DNA from: Octopus sinensis
Taxonomy: Eukaryota
Direction of reading: 5' to 3'
Assembly (NCBI RefSeq): GCF_006345805.1
Contig: NC_043003.1
Location: 55,800,001-55,864,000 of the forward strand
DNA length: 64,000 nucleotides
In this document: one piece after another, positions 62,916 through 64,000 of the stretch
Layout of the letters: each line of letters starts with the position of its first letter
Position numbering within the stretch: position 1 is the first letter of the stretch
Program-made: the position numbers and the translations under genes
Notes under the pieces: model-generated
The model's database searches: none
What the model saw: only the letters and a program-made list of their open reading frames with translations
What the model was told of the DNA's origin: nothing

Positions 62916-64000
62916 TAAAAATGTGTAATAGATTCATAAGATCCTATCTGATTGCTAATTAGTATCTTACATCTAGAAAACGATAGGACAAATACTCACT
63001 TCTGAACTTGATCATAAAATCATAAATGAATAACATAAGGAGATCATAAGGAGATTTAATTGATAACCTCAAACTGCTTTCCTCGAAGTTCTCCCGTGCC
63101 AGTCAGTCTACTAACCTCACCGCACATTCTTAAACATTATGATGGTAAATTAACTTCAGTCTTATATAACATATCTTTGCATGAGTAATATAATTACATT
63201 TACCGGTTTCTATGATGGATACGTTTTTTTCGCGTAACTAAACTATAATATCATTAAAATGCATCCAGATACATCAGTCTTTATATTACATTAAAATCTA
63301 ATCTACAAAACCTTTTGAGTACTCGTCTCTTCTATATCAAATATGTGTGTAATATATACATATATTATATATATATATATATATATATTATAATATATAT
63401 ATATATATATATTATATATATTATATATATATACATATAACATATATATGTATGTATATATTCATACATACAAACATGCACATGTGTATGTGTGCGCATA
63501 AATAGTCATATATATTTGTATGTATTTGATATGTATGTATATATTAAAGTGCATATATATCCACATGTATGGACGAATATATCCATATGTATGTGCATTC
63601 ACGTGTGTGTGGTTTCGATGGGAGTGATTGCATTTATGTTTTAACTGATATAACTCCACATAATTATTGTAGTACAGATATTTACAGAAACATAAATTGC
63701 CTCTGTTCCTTCACAGGGAGTTTAAAACCACATCATATCGTTTTTAATAACATTAACTACAGTAATATTGATAATGACCTTAAACTTCTATCAAAAATGT
63801 TTTCTTATTTTTAACTGAAATTTTACATAAGCTACCCTCGACGCAATTTTAATTACCCAGTCAAAATCTTTCAGAAATATTATTCTCTATCCATATATTA
63901 GAGCTTTTGCTTAGCTCTTGTTTATGTTTTTAATATATAATCAAAATCTGTTGTGTCTCAACTGACTTGCGTGTGTACATATTATATACGTACATATTAT

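Overview
AT-rich eukaryotic DNA saturated with microsatellites ((TA)n, (CA)n, (TACA)n, (TAGA)n, (AAT)n, (GAT)n). The repeat families resemble those of octopod cephalopods; this is an inference from pattern recognition, not a search. I find no confident host protein-coding exon, and most ORFs in the supplied track are microsatellite translations. The window is mostly transposon relics. These include two frameshifted Penelope-like retroelements (PLEs, Neptune-type RT + GIY-YIG; about 27.1-29.2 kb on + and 41.2-44.9 kb on -), a third PLE endonuclease scrap, and a nest of R4/Dong-type RLE-LINE pieces in (AAT)/(GAT) repeats. There are also CR1/L2-type and L1/Tx1 LINE fragments, three Tc1/mariner relics, a short Helitron with intact ends, and many tRNA-derived SINEs. 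Two near-identical tandem duplications (about 1.84 kb and 0.42 kb) are bounded by microsatellites. The most notable signal is three separate families of short elements carrying minimal type-I hammerhead ribozyme (HHR)-like motifs. One of them (48696-48935, -) joins a Pol III tRNA-like head to an HHR-bearing tail, which makes it a candidate PLE-dependent 'ribozyme SINE'. All HHR copies seen here are decayed.
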